A stretch of 46,992 nucleotides of DNA from an uncultured bacterium (lineage in GTDB: Bacteria; Omnitrophota; Omnitrophia; Omnitrophales; Aquincolibacteriaceae). Within the stretch, counting starts at the first letter, position 1; each line of letters starts with the position of its first letter. The DNA lies in assembly GCA_964420575.1 (NCBI GenBank), contig CAYQTU010000001.1:44194-91185 (forward strand). Direction: 5' to 3'. The notes under the pieces are model-generated. The model saw only the letters and a program-made list of their open reading frames with translations. It did no database searches and was not told where the DNA came from. The position numbers and the translations under genes are program-made. Shown one piece after another: positions 26,187-35,478 of the stretch.

Positions 26187-26254
26187 CTAGCGGCTCAAAG
26201 GTGAATTTGGTACAATACCGCATTCCTAACTGACGGACTCACAAAGATTTACAT

Positions 26255-27067
26255 ATGAAAAAATCCATTCCTTTTTACAAGATGGTCGCTTCGGGCAATG
26301 ATTTTGTCGTGATCGATAACCGCGCGCAGGTCATTACGAATCCGACCGGATTTGCACGGGAGATCTGCCGACTTCACCAAGGGGCAGGAGCGGACGGGCT
26401 TTTGCTTTTTGAGAAGTCCAAACAAGCTAATTTCAAAATGAGGATCATCAACCCTGACGGGTCCGAAGCCGCGGCCTGCGGGAACGGGTTCCGCTGTATC
26501 GCACTTTATGCCCATGAGGTTTTAAAATATTCCTCGAGAATGCTGTTCGAGTCCGGGTCCGGGCTGATCGAAGGAGAGGTCGGGGCCGGAGGGACGGTCA
26601 AGGTCCAGCTCGTGAAACCCCGGGTGTTTGAAATGAACGGCGTACTCGAAGTGCGGGGGAACCGGATGCATTATGCTTTTTTAGATACCGGAGTGCCGCA
26701 TGTGGTGATCTTTGTGGAAGAGCTTTCCAAGATCGATGTCTTTGAAACCGGGAAAGCGATCCGTCATCACGGACATTTCCAGCCGTTCGGGACCAACGTG
26801 AATTTTGTGGAAGTGAAGAATAAAAAAGAGATCGCGGTCAGGACTTATGAGCGCGGCGTGGAGAACGAAACGCTTGCGTGCGGGACCGGCTCCACGGCTT
26901 CTGCGGTCATCAGTGTGTCGAAGGGTTATGTCACATCTCCCGTGACGGTTTTGACACAGAGCGGCGAGAAATTAAAGATCGAGATCGCCCAAAAAGGGGA
27001 AGAGATCACCAAGGTTTTTTTAGAGGGCAAGGCCCAATTCGTTTATGAAGGGAAATATTATTTATGA
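26255..27067 (+). CDS. dapF: diaminopimelate epimerase
   Basis: 270 aa. SGNDFVVIDNR and the two catalytic Cys motifs, ACGNG and ACGTGSTA. Confidence 0.9.
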   Translation: MKKSIPFYKMVASGNDFVVIDNRAQVITNPTGFAREICRLHQGAGADGLLLFEKSKQANFKMRIINPDGSEAAACGNGFRCIALYAHEVLKYSSRMLFESGSGLIEGEVGAGGTVKVQLVKPRVFEMNGVLEVRGNRMHYAFLDTGVPHVVIFVEELSKIDVFETGKAIRHHGHFQPFGTNVNFVEVKNKKEIAVRTYERGVENETLACGTGSTASAVISVSKGYVTSPVTVLTQSGEKLKIEIAQKGEEITKVFLEGKAQFVYEGKYYL

Positions 27068-27951
27068 GCGCAAAAAAGAGAATATTCGAAGGTTCTATGG
27101 TCGCGTTGGTCACGCCTTTCCGTGACGGGAAAGTGGACGAGAAGGCCCTGAAAGGTCTTTTGGATTTTCATCTGAAAGAGGGGACCGATGTGATCGTGCC
27201 CTGCGGGACGACCGGGGAGTCCGCAACACTTTCGCATGAAGAACATCGGGCGACGATGTCTTTTGTGGTGGAGTATATTGCCGGGCGTTTGCCCGTGATC
27301 TGCGGTTGCGGGTCGAACAATACGGCCGAAGCGCTCGGCCTGATCCAGCATGCCAAGAAGATCAAAGCGGACGGCGTGTTGGTCGTGACCCCGTATTACA
27401 ATAAACCGACCCAGGAAGGTCTTTTTCGCCATTACGAATATCTGGCCAGCAAGGTCGATATTCCGTTCGTGCTTTACAATGTGCCCGGCAGGACCGGGAT
27501 CTCCATTGCCCCCGAGACCGTGGCGCGTCTTTCCAAGATCGACAATATCGTAGCGATCAAAGAAGCGAGCGGGAGCATGGACCAGGCGGACCAGATCATG
27601 CAACTTTGCGATATTACCTTGATTTCCGGCGAAGACAGCCTGACCTATCCGTTGATCGCGATCGGTGCGCGCGGCGTGATTTCCGTTACGGCGAACGTTG
27701 TGCCGCGTCTTGTGAAGAACATGGTGCAAGCGGCGCTTTCGGGGGATATGCAGGAAGCCCGGGAACTTCACAAAAAACTTTATCCGTTCTCCAAAGCGGC
27801 ATTCATCGAAACGAATCCGATCCCGGTGAAGGCTGCACTCGGGATGATGGGGATGATCCGGCCCGAGCTCCGGCTTCCGCTTTGTGAAATGAAAAAAGAA
27901 AACGAGAAAAAACTTTATGAGGTCCTCAAAAAACTGGGAGTGGTGAAATGA
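27064..27951 (+). CDS. dapA: 4-hydroxy-tetrahydrodipicolinate synthase
   Basis: 295 aa. GTTGES, YNVPGRTG, and IKEASG (Schiff-base lysine). Its start forms an ATGA overlap with the dapF stop. Confidence 0.95.
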   Translation: MSAKKRIFEGSMVALVTPFRDGKVDEKALKGLLDFHLKEGTDVIVPCGTTGESATLSHEEHRATMSFVVEYIAGRLPVICGCGSNNTAEALGLIQHAKKIKADGVLVVTPYYNKPTQEGLFRHYEYLASKVDIPFVLYNVPGRTGISIAPETVARLSKIDNIVAIKEASGSMDQADQIMQLCDITLISGEDSLTYPLIAIGARGVISVTANVVPRLVKNMVQAALSGDMQEARELHKKLYPFSKAAFIETNPIPVKAALGMMGMIRPELRLPLCEMKKENEKKLYEVLKKLGVVK

Positions 27952-28751
27952 TCAAGATCGCGATGGCCGGGGCCGCCGGCCGGATGGGAAAGATCATCCT
28001 TCAGCTGGCAAGTCAGGATAAAGCTTTTAAGATCGTGGGAGCTTTGGAACGGTCCGGACATCCTGCGTCCGGACAAGATATTGGTGCTCTTCTTGGTGGC
28101 AAACCTTTCGGGGTGAAGGTCACAAACGACCCGGAAGCGGTTTTGAAACAAGCGGATGTGCTGATCGATTTCAGTCATTTTTCAGCGGTATCGGATCACC
28201 TGAAAGCCGCGGTCCGGAACCGGACCGCTTGCGTAATCGGAATCACGGGTTTGCCTTCCGCGGTCCTGAAGGAGGTCTGTGCGGCTTCAAAAAAGATCCC
28301 CGTGATCCAATCTCCGAACATGAGCGTCGGGGTGAACCTTCTTTTTAAGCTCGCGGATCTGGCGGGGCGTGTGCTGGATGAAAGTTATGATCTCGAGATC
28401 TCCGAGATCCACCACCGCATGAAAAAAGATGCTCCGAGCGGGACCGCGCTTAAGCTTTTAGAGATCTTGGCCCAAGCGAGAGGTTGTGATCCGGAAAAAG
28501 ATGTGGTCTATGGTCGCGAAGGGGAGACCGGCGCCCGCGCGAAAGGGAAGATTGGTGTTTTTGCCCTGCGCGGCGGCGATGTGGTCGGCGAACATACGGT
28601 TTCTTTCTTTGGGGATGGTGAACGGGTAGAGCTGGTTCATAAGGCTTCTTCCCGGGAAGCCTTTGCCCGAGGAGCGCTCTTGGCTGCGAAATTCCTTGCG
28701 AAAAAAAAGCAAGGTCTTTATCATATGCAACAAGTGCTTGGGATGGCGTAA
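27948..28751 (+). CDS. dapB: 4-hydroxy-tetrahydrodipicolinate reductase
   Basis: 267 aa. GAAGRMG and EIHHRMKKDAPSGTA. Its start forms an ATGA overlap with the dapA stop. Confidence 0.95.
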   Translation: MIKIAMAGAAGRMGKIILQLASQDKAFKIVGALERSGHPASGQDIGALLGGKPFGVKVTNDPEAVLKQADVLIDFSHFSAVSDHLKAAVRNRTACVIGITGLPSAVLKEVCAASKKIPVIQSPNMSVGVNLLFKLADLAGRVLDESYDLEISEIHHRMKKDAPSGTALKLLEILAQARGCDPEKDVVYGREGETGARAKGKIGVFALRGGDVVGEHTVSFFGDGERVELVHKASSREAFARGALLAAKFLAKKKQGLYHMQQVLGMA

Positions 28752-28802
28752 GTTATAAGTTCATTAACGCTTTTTAAAACTTCGAAGATAAAGCATCGGG
28801 TA

Positions 28803-30392
28803 ATGAAAATTAAAAAAATCTTAAGCTTTAGTCTTACCCTTTCATTTGCGCTCCTTTTTCTTTCTCCGCTGATCTCCGCGCAACAAGCGCAACCCCCTCA
28901 GGAAAATGCCGTTCAAGCTCCCGTAAAACCCGAAAATCCTTTTGCCGAACATTTTTATATGCCGTCCGAACAGAAACTGGATCATCGCATCACGGAAGTT
29001 CGCGGCTTTAACGTGATCAAAACCCCTTCCCGTGACCGAGATGCCGAATATTCGATCGTGACTGATTTCGGAGGCGGAGCGATCAAGACGCGGTATCTTC
29101 CGGGTTTGAAAGACCTTAAAGAGATCGATCAATATATTAAAAAGAACCTCTCGACCGCGAATCTTGAAGGGGTCGAGATCCGCCAGCTCCCGATCCCCGC
29201 TTCCAAGGGTGAAGCGGTCAGTTATTTTTGGGTCGGAGATAAAGGATTCCCTAAAGCCGAAGAAGCCACTGCGGACATTGCCTTGCAAAAGACCATGATC
29301 GAATCGCAGGGCGGCAATTTCAAACAATGCGTGAATGAAGCTCCGACTTATATCCCTGCTCCCGAACCCGAACCTTTCCTTGAGATCAAATCGCCCGCCC
29401 AATATCAAAAAGAAGAAGAGCTGGTCCTGAAGATGACCGACCAGATGGATATCGGCGAAAAACTTTGGGGGCCGTTCCAGGGTGAACCGGTCGGAGAACC
29501 GCTTTTGTGGCAGTCTTTCGGCGAGACCAGCTGGCGCCGAACCAATCTTTCGGATTATGGTTTCAGCAGCCAAGTAGGGTATTGGGCGAATCGCGTTGTC
29601 TTTAAAGGGATCCGGTTCCCGCTACACACGATCGACCCGTTCATTGAAAGCGTGGTCAGCATGGAATCCAATTCCAACGACGGCGGCAACAATGCGAAAT
29701 TCTTTGCCGGATTGGAATGGCGTCCGCTTGCGCGTAATCCGTGGCTTTACAATTACCGTCCATTCGGGGATATCCCCATCCTGGAATGGGTCCGGAATTA
29801 CCGTTTTTATATCAAGTACGGCGACCGCTATAACATCAAAGATCCGATCGTTAACAGCGACAGTTATGATCTGATCTGGGGCGTCCAGATCTTCTATGAA
29901 TGGGGCGTGGAATTGCCGCCGTTGGATGAAACGAAACCCGTCAAGTTCGTGGATTATGTCCGTCAGTATGTGTGGGGCGAATATTTCGGCGATTACCGCG
30001 TTGAGAAGACCAACTTCGGCTCCGAAAAAAGTTTCAATGCCTTTATCGCGAACTCTTCGGTCATCATGGGGATCAAATTGCCCGGCATTCCGCTTCCGCA
30101 TAATCCCATCAATGACGAATTGGTCCTTATGCCTTACCTGAGGTTCGAGCACGTCAACAACGATGACTTCTCGTTCTGGTATCAGAACCAGTACTTTTTA
30201 TCGACCGGTGTCCGGTGGATGCCGTTCAGGACTTACCGCTGGAAAGAAAATGAATGGCTTTCCAAGACCAAGGTGTTCGTGGAATGGATCGGTATCGGAA
30301 AAGCCCAACACTCGAAACAGAACGATGAAGCCGGCCAGATCCCCAATTACGATCTCCGGGTCGGGGTCAGCTTCTCAAGCCGCCGTTTCTAG
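28803..30392 (+). CDS. uncharacterised outer-membrane protein (N-terminal soluble domain plus C-terminal beta-barrel-like half)
   Basis: 529 aa. Signal peptide ...LFLSPLISA-QQ. The C-terminal half is aromatic-rich with alternating hydrophobicity and ends in VGVSFSSRRF, a terminal Phe of the BAM beta-signal type. Confidence 0.5.
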   Translation: MKIKKILSFSLTLSFALLFLSPLISAQQAQPPQENAVQAPVKPENPFAEHFYMPSEQKLDHRITEVRGFNVIKTPSRDRDAEYSIVTDFGGGAIKTRYLPGLKDLKEIDQYIKKNLSTANLEGVEIRQLPIPASKGEAVSYFWVGDKGFPKAEEATADIALQKTMIESQGGNFKQCVNEAPTYIPAPEPEPFLEIKSPAQYQKEEELVLKMTDQMDIGEKLWGPFQGEPVGEPLLWQSFGETSWRRTNLSDYGFSSQVGYWANRVVFKGIRFPLHTIDPFIESVVSMESNSNDGGNNAKFFAGLEWRPLARNPWLYNYRPFGDIPILEWVRNYRFYIKYGDRYNIKDPIVNSDSYDLIWGVQIFYEWGVELPPLDETKPVKFVDYVRQYVWGEYFGDYRVEKTNFGSEKSFNAFIANSSVIMGIKLPGIPLPHNPINDELVLMPYLRFEHVNNDDFSFWYQNQYFLSTGVRWMPFRTYRWKENEWLSKTKVFVEWIGIGKAQHSKQNDEAGQIPNYDLRVGVSFSSRRF

Positions 30393-30411
30393 CGGATCCG
30401 GATCGAACCTT

Positions 30412-33400
30412 ATGCATATGACCCAAAGGCAAAATCAAAAGAACAGGATCAGGACAGCTCTGCCTTTCTTGCTCTTGGCTTTCTTTTTAGTCCTGAGCGT
30501 TCCTTCCGCGTTCGCGAATATTCTCGGCAATCCTAATTTTGAAGATCCTATCGGAAACGGTTCGGGCGGGAACTGGGACGGTACGAACGGGGCGACACGT
30601 GTGGACAATGCCACAAAACCGGGACCGGTCTCAAATATCCCGAACGGTCAATTTGCCTTGCGCCTTCAGCCTGCTGCAGGGCAGTTTACTTTCCAGATCT
30701 ATAATAATGTAAAACCCGGGGACTTCGTAACCTTCAGCGCGATCGCGGAATCCGGGATCGCCCCCGCAGGTGGTCGCGGGGGACAAATGGTGATCGAATT
30801 TAAAACCGCGAATCCTATCAGCGGAAGCGATAATACTTTTGCGACCGTGCAATCTGCTTTGATCACGAATGTCAATGCCGTTCCGGGCGGAGGGTTTCAG
30901 ACCTTCACCATTCAAGGTGTTGCGCCTCCGGGAACGAACCGTGTGGCTTTTACTCTAAGAACGGTCAACGGCGGTGCGGGGTATGTGATTTTTGACCAAA
31001 CGAACGCTGAGATCAATCCTGCGAAACTTACGCTTGCAGCTTCCAAGACCCAGGTCGGTATCGGCGACATGGTCGGGATCTTCGCTCATTTTACCAATGC
31101 CTCCGGAAACACTTTAACGAATACCGAACTCCGGTTCAAAGTTCCGTACGGGTTCAGCTATGTTAAAGATTCGGTTAAATTGAACGGCCGCCAAGCGGCG
31201 TTCCGCGAGGGATCTTTGATCATTCCGGCCGGGACATTACTTCCCGGGGATACATTTGATGCCAGTTTCGTTCTCGCCACTACCGGCGGGGTTCAGATCG
31301 GCAAAGAATATGAAGTCAATCTTGAGGTTTTTAGTGCCGCCTTGCTTTCAGAAAAAGCCAGTGTCCGTCTTTTTGTGAAAGGGGATCCTGTTTTTGAGGA
31401 AGGAACCATCATCGGAAAAGTTTTCAATGACCTGAACCAGAATACCGTCCAGGATAAAGGCGAAGAAGGCGTCCCTTGGGTCCGGCTCTATACGGAAGAA
31501 GGGATCGGGATTGTGACCGACGAGTACGGCCGTTACCACATTCCCGGTGTGAAACCCGGACGGCATATCATTAAGATCGACGGGCATACCCTTCCGCAGG
31601 GGACAAAATTCATTACGGAAGAATCCTTTTTAGTCCATACCACCGAAGGCATCATGAATAAAGCGAATTTCGCCATTCTTTTGCCGCCTTCCAAGATCCC
31701 GCAGGAGTTTCAAAAGGATTTGAAGGTGATGGTGACGCAAGGGGTGGATGTTTCCACACCTAAGCTGGATGTGACGATGACCCCCGATGTGGTGAAGGTC
31801 GGGATCGGTGTGTTGGAAAAAGAACCGGTGTTCAAGTTCGATCTCAATTACGGGGATTTCATCAAGAAATGGAGCCTTGAGATCCGCGATGAAATGGGGC
31901 GCGAAGTCTGGACCGGTTACGGGGTTTCCAAGCCTCCCCCGGAAGTGGTTTGGTCCGGGATCACGGAATCCGGCCTTGTGGTGAAGCCCGGCATCTATTC
32001 CTATCAACTCAAGGTCCGGGATGCCAAGAACCGCGAAGATTGGACGACGCTGAAATTTTTTCAGGTCTTTTCCAAATTGGATCCCAAAGCCGAAAAGAAT
32101 TACGAGACCGAGATCCCGCCGATCGGCGATTTCAATTTATTCAAAGACGGAAAACGAAGCATCCCGCTTGTCGCTAAACCGACCCTGCGCGTTCAGGGGA
32201 AAACAAAACCCGATTATGAGGTCCGGATCAACGATACTCCGGTAAGCGTGGACCCCGAAAGCGGTTTTTTTCAAAAAGAATTTTATGCGGAGCCCGGCGA
32301 ACGGGAGATCCTTGTTACTTCGACAACGCCTTCAGGCGAAACGATCTCCTATCGTGAGAAGATCAAGGTCAAGGACAGCACGTTCTTTATGGTCGCTTTG
32401 GGGGATCAGCAGCTTGGGGCCAATTGGACCCACGGGCAGCTTGAGTCTGCGGGCCAGGACAGCAGCCTTCGCCACGGTTTTTCGCAGGACGGACGGCTTT
32501 CTTATTTTCTCAAAGGAAAGCTTAAAGGGAAATTCCTGGTGAAATCCAAGTATGATACTGACGACAAATCCTCTTCGATCTTCACGAACCTGGATCCGGA
32601 TGATTATTACCCGATCTATGGTGACGGTTCGGTCCGGGATTATGATGCGAAAGATACGGAAGAGCGTTTTTACGTGCTTGTGGAATTTGACCGTTCTTTC
32701 GTGAAATGGGGAAGTTTTAAAACGGAATTCAACGATACGGAAATGGCTTCTTACAACCGCACGCTTTCCGGATTGAAAGTTAATTATGACACGGTGGGGA
32801 CCACGGTCTACGGAGATCCGAAACGCGGTTTCAAACTTTTTTGGACGCAGACCAAACATATCGCAGACCATAATGAACTGATGTCAACAGGGGGAAGCCT
32901 TTATTATACCCGGTACCGCAATATGCTGGAAGGCAGCGAAAAGATCCGGGTCGAGATCCGCGACAAGATCCAGGATATGACGATCAGCAGTTATGATCTT
33001 TCACCGGGACTTGATTATGAGATCGATTACAAAGAAGGTCGCATCCTTCTTTCAAGGTCTCTTTCATCCGTTGCGGCGACCGATACGCTCACCACGGCCG
33101 ATCTCCTGGACGGAAACAATGTTTATTTGGTGGTCGATTACGAGTATGAACCTCAGAACGATACAATGGAAACCCCCAATCAGGGGATCCGCGGATACAC
33201 GCATCTCGGCGATCATATCCGCTTAGGGGCGACAGGGATCGAAGAAAAACGGCCGGGAGATAATTACCAGCTTCGTGCCGTCGATCTGACGGTTAAAATG
33301 GGCCGTAACACGAAATTGACCGCGGAATACGCGGAAACCCATTTGCAGCAGACCGAACAGGCCGTCTCTTTTGACGGTGGGATCAGCTATGCGACCTTGT

Positions 33401-35061
33401 CGACCTTGAAGAACAGGAATTCGCGCTATCGGGAGCAGGGTTATTTGATCAAAGCGGAATCCAAGCCCGTAACGAATCTTGATTTGTCAGGCTATCTGCA
33501 AGGCGTAGACCCCGGATTTTCGAACGATCACATGCGCAGCCAAGAGGGTCTGAAAAAATATGGGGTTACGGCCAATTACAAATGGACTGAGAATTTGTCC
33601 ACACGATACCGTTTTGATTCCAGTAATCCCATGGAGGAATTGATGCCCCTTGAAGAGCAGGCGGCCGCTGTTCCTTATAACCGTTTGCAGACCCACACGG
33701 CTCAGATCGTTTATGATGACGGGAAATATCTCGCGCAAGCGGAATACCAGCGGCGCAATTTTGAAACGCCCATCAATACGGACAACCTTGTCCCGTCCCT
33801 GCTTTCAGAAGTCCCCTTCGAGAACGGCATTTCGGGAAAAGTCGGTTATCATATCAATGACCGTTTGCTGCCTTATGTGAAAGCGCAAACGACCTTTGAC
33901 GGGAAAGGGGACCACCAGTTCGGCGGCGGTTTGCGGTATGAGATCTTCCGGAACCTTTTTGCGTATGTCGAGCAGATGTTCGGGAAGATCGGGGATTCGA
34001 CCTATTTTGGTTTTGAAAAGCAGCACGGCAATGGCGGGCGCACTTATTTGAACCTGAGGTCGTATGACCGGGGGATCGGGGACCGGACGCTGGCCACCGC
34101 GATCGGGAATTCTTTCTCGCTTTCAGAGAAATCAAGGGTCTATTCGGAGCGGGAGTATTCAAGTTATCAGGGCGTGGATGGTTTTTCCGATATTCTCGGT
34201 TATGACGGGAAAGTCGGGGATCGCTGGGACTACGGCGGCAAATACGAAAGACGTCACTTGCTGAATTCCACAACCCGTCTTTTAGACCAAGCTGCTCAAG
34301 AGGCTCTTGCCCGGGCCAATACCTTTAATACGGTCGGCGGGTATGTCGCTTATGCGGAAGGGAAAAAATTCCGCGCCCGGGCTTATGTCGAAGTCCGCCG
34401 TGATCAGGATGCCCCCAAGATGGGACAGCTAGTGATGCGTCATTCGGTTCAGTATCAGATCACCCAGGACCTGGGATTTTTGACGCGGTTCAATTACGGG
34501 AGCACGCACCTTCTGGACCCCGATGATCATCCTGCGGGATTTGTAGAATTCAGCACGGGATTTGCCTATCGGCCCATAGCCTGCGACAAATTGAACATTC
34601 TGACACGTTATACTTACATCAAAGATATTGCAAATGACGAACAGTTCAATAACGGTCTCTATCAGGGGATGGAGTTTGACGAAGCCGCGCACATTGTTTC
34701 TTTGGACGGTGCATATGATGTAAACCGCTATTTTGGGATCGTCGAAAAATTCGCTTGGAAACGTTCAACCGCCGCCACTTCGGTGGGGGATGATCTCGCA
34801 CTGAACACCTTTTTGTCGGCGAATCGGATTAATTTTCATGTTACACGTAAATGGGATGTCGCGTTAGAATACCGTATCCTCTGGCAATCCAGCGCAGCGG
34901 AGACTTTAAGGCACGGGACGCTGGTAGAGATCGACCGTGAAATTTACGAATATGTGCGGATCGGTGTCGGGTATAATTTTACGGATTTCTCGGATGATCT
35001 GCGCCATGCGAACAATTACCGCAGTCAAGGACCGTTCGTCCGGCTGCTCGGAAAATTTTAA
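30412..35061 (+). CDS. giant multidomain outer-membrane/surface protein (CBM-like, DUF11-like, SdrD-B-like and Ig-like domains, then a large C-terminal beta-barrel-like region)
   Basis: 1549 aa from ATG 30412. The listed start 30163 overlaps the upstream gene in another frame. Signal peptide ...LSVPSAFA-N. NILGNPNFEDPIGNG...NWDG is a CBM4/9-like jelly roll. KLTLAASKTQVGIGDMV...FKVPYGFSYVKDSVKLNG is DUF11-like. GKVFNDLNQNTVQDKGEEGVPWVRLY...TDEYGRYHIPGVKPGRHII is SdrD-B-like. VWSGITESGLVVKPGIYSYQLKVRD is FlgD-Ig-like. The last roughly 890 aa are beta-strand-patterned and end in RLLGKF. Confidence 0.6.
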   Translation: MHMTQRQNQKNRIRTALPFLLLAFFLVLSVPSAFANILGNPNFEDPIGNGSGGNWDGTNGATRVDNATKPGPVSNIPNGQFALRLQPAAGQFTFQIYNNVKPGDFVTFSAIAESGIAPAGGRGGQMVIEFKTANPISGSDNTFATVQSALITNVNAVPGGGFQTFTIQGVAPPGTNRVAFTLRTVNGGAGYVIFDQTNAEINPAKLTLAASKTQVGIGDMVGIFAHFTNASGNTLTNTELRFKVPYGFSYVKDSVKLNGRQAAFREGSLIIPAGTLLPGDTFDASFVLATTGGVQIGKEYEVNLEVFSAALLSEKASVRLFVKGDPVFEEGTIIGKVFNDLNQNTVQDKGEEGVPWVRLYTEEGIGIVTDEYGRYHIPGVKPGRHIIKIDGHTLPQGTKFITEESFLVHTTEGIMNKANFAILLPPSKIPQEFQKDLKVMVTQGVDVSTPKLDVTMTPDVVKVGIGVLEKEPVFKFDLNYGDFIKKWSLEIRDEMGREVWTGYGVSKPPPEVVWSGITESGLVVKPGIYSYQLKVRDAKNREDWTTLKFFQVFSKLDPKAEKNYETEIPPIGDFNLFKDGKRSIPLVAKPTLRVQGKTKPDYEVRINDTPVSVDPESGFFQKEFYAEPGEREILVTSTTPSGETISYREKIKVKDSTFFMVALGDQQLGANWTHGQLESAGQDSSLRHGFSQDGRLSYFLKGKLKGKFLVKSKYDTDDKSSSIFTNLDPDDYYPIYGDGSVRDYDAKDTEERFYVLVEFDRSFVKWGSFKTEFNDTEMASYNRTLSGLKVNYDTVGTTVYGDPKRGFKLFWTQTKHIADHNELMSTGGSLYYTRYRNMLEGSEKIRVEIRDKIQDMTISSYDLSPGLDYEIDYKEGRILLSRSLSSVAATDTLTTADLLDGNNVYLVVDYEYEPQNDTMETPNQGIRGYTHLGDHIRLGATGIEEKRPGDNYQLRAVDLTVKMGRNTKLTAEYAETHLQQTEQAVSFDGGISYATLSTLKNRNSRYREQGYLIKAESKPVTNLDLSGYLQGVDPGFSNDHMRSQEGLKKYGVTANYKWTENLSTRYRFDSSNPMEELMPLEEQAAAVPYNRLQTHTAQIVYDDGKYLAQAEYQRRNFETPINTDNLVPSLLSEVPFENGISGKVGYHINDRLLPYVKAQTTFDGKGDHQFGGGLRYEIFRNLFAYVEQMFGKIGDSTYFGFEKQHGNGGRTYLNLRSYDRGIGDRTLATAIGNSFSLSEKSRVYSEREYSSYQGVDGFSDILGYDGKVGDRWDYGGKYERRHLLNSTTRLLDQAAQEALARANTFNTVGGYVAYAEGKKFRARAYVEVRRDQDAPKMGQLVMRHSVQYQITQDLGFLTRFNYGSTHLLDPDDHPAGFVEFSTGFAYRPIACDKLNILTRYTYIKDIANDEQFNNGLYQGMEFDEAAHIVSLDGAYDVNRYFGIVEKFAWKRSTAATSVGDDLALNTFLSANRINFHVTRKWDVALEYRILWQSSAAETLRHGTLVEIDREIYEYVRIGVGYNFTDFSDDLRHANNYRSQGPFVRLLGKF

Positions 35062-35073
35062 GGAGAAAAGACC

Positions 35074-35466
35074 ATGTCACGTACCGCTCAAAATGTCCTG
35101 ATCCTTTTTTTAGTGGCCCTCTTTTTAACCGGTTGTTCCATTGCCACCAAATCGGTCTTGGCGCCGAACGATGAAGTTCTAAACTATGAACTTCCTTATG
35201 ACCTGACCTATCTCCGGGTCCTGGATGCCCTGAATGATGAAACGGATTGGCAAGTCGAGCAGACCGATAAGGAGAAAGGGATGATTGTTGCCCGTAATGT
35301 CAATTACAGCCGTTTGAATGATGCGGACCGGCGGGTCATTGCTTTTATGGTTAAGCGGGTTGATGCGGACAACACTTCGGTCTATATCGAGAAAGATTCC
35401 CAGCGGATCATCGGCGGCAAACAGTTGCTTCAAAAGATCAACGAAGTTTTAAGCCGCGAACTGTAG
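35074..35466 (+). CDS. small lipoprotein, unknown function
   Basis: 130 aa. Signal peptide with the lipobox LTGC (LFLVALFLTGCS). It starts 12 nt after the giant OMP gene. Confidence 0.55.
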   Translation: MSRTAQNVLILFLVALFLTGCSIATKSVLAPNDEVLNYELPYDLTYLRVLDALNDETDWQVEQTDKEKGMIVARNVNYSRLNDADRRVIAFMVKRVDADNTSVYIEKDSQRIIGGKQLLQKINEVLSREL

Positions 35467-35478
35467 TTCGCCTTCGCC

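Noticed and set aside
26087-26254. A lysine riboswitch (L-box) upstream of dapF, and likewise upstream of lysA.
   Set aside because: The predicted 5' UTR is only about 35 nt and lysA has no UTR at all. No L-box-like helices were seen.
30163-30411. An 83-codon N-terminal extension of the giant OMP ORF.
   Set aside because: It overlaps the 3' end of the upstream barrel gene in another frame and encodes low-complexity Ser/Gly/Arg text. A proper signal peptide begins at ATG 30412.
35074-35466. The small lipoprotein considered as a BamC analogue, because E. coli bamC (nlpB) sits downstream of dapA.
   Set aside because: The protein is far shorter than BamC, I see no recognisable sequence similarity, and two large genes separate it from the dap operon.
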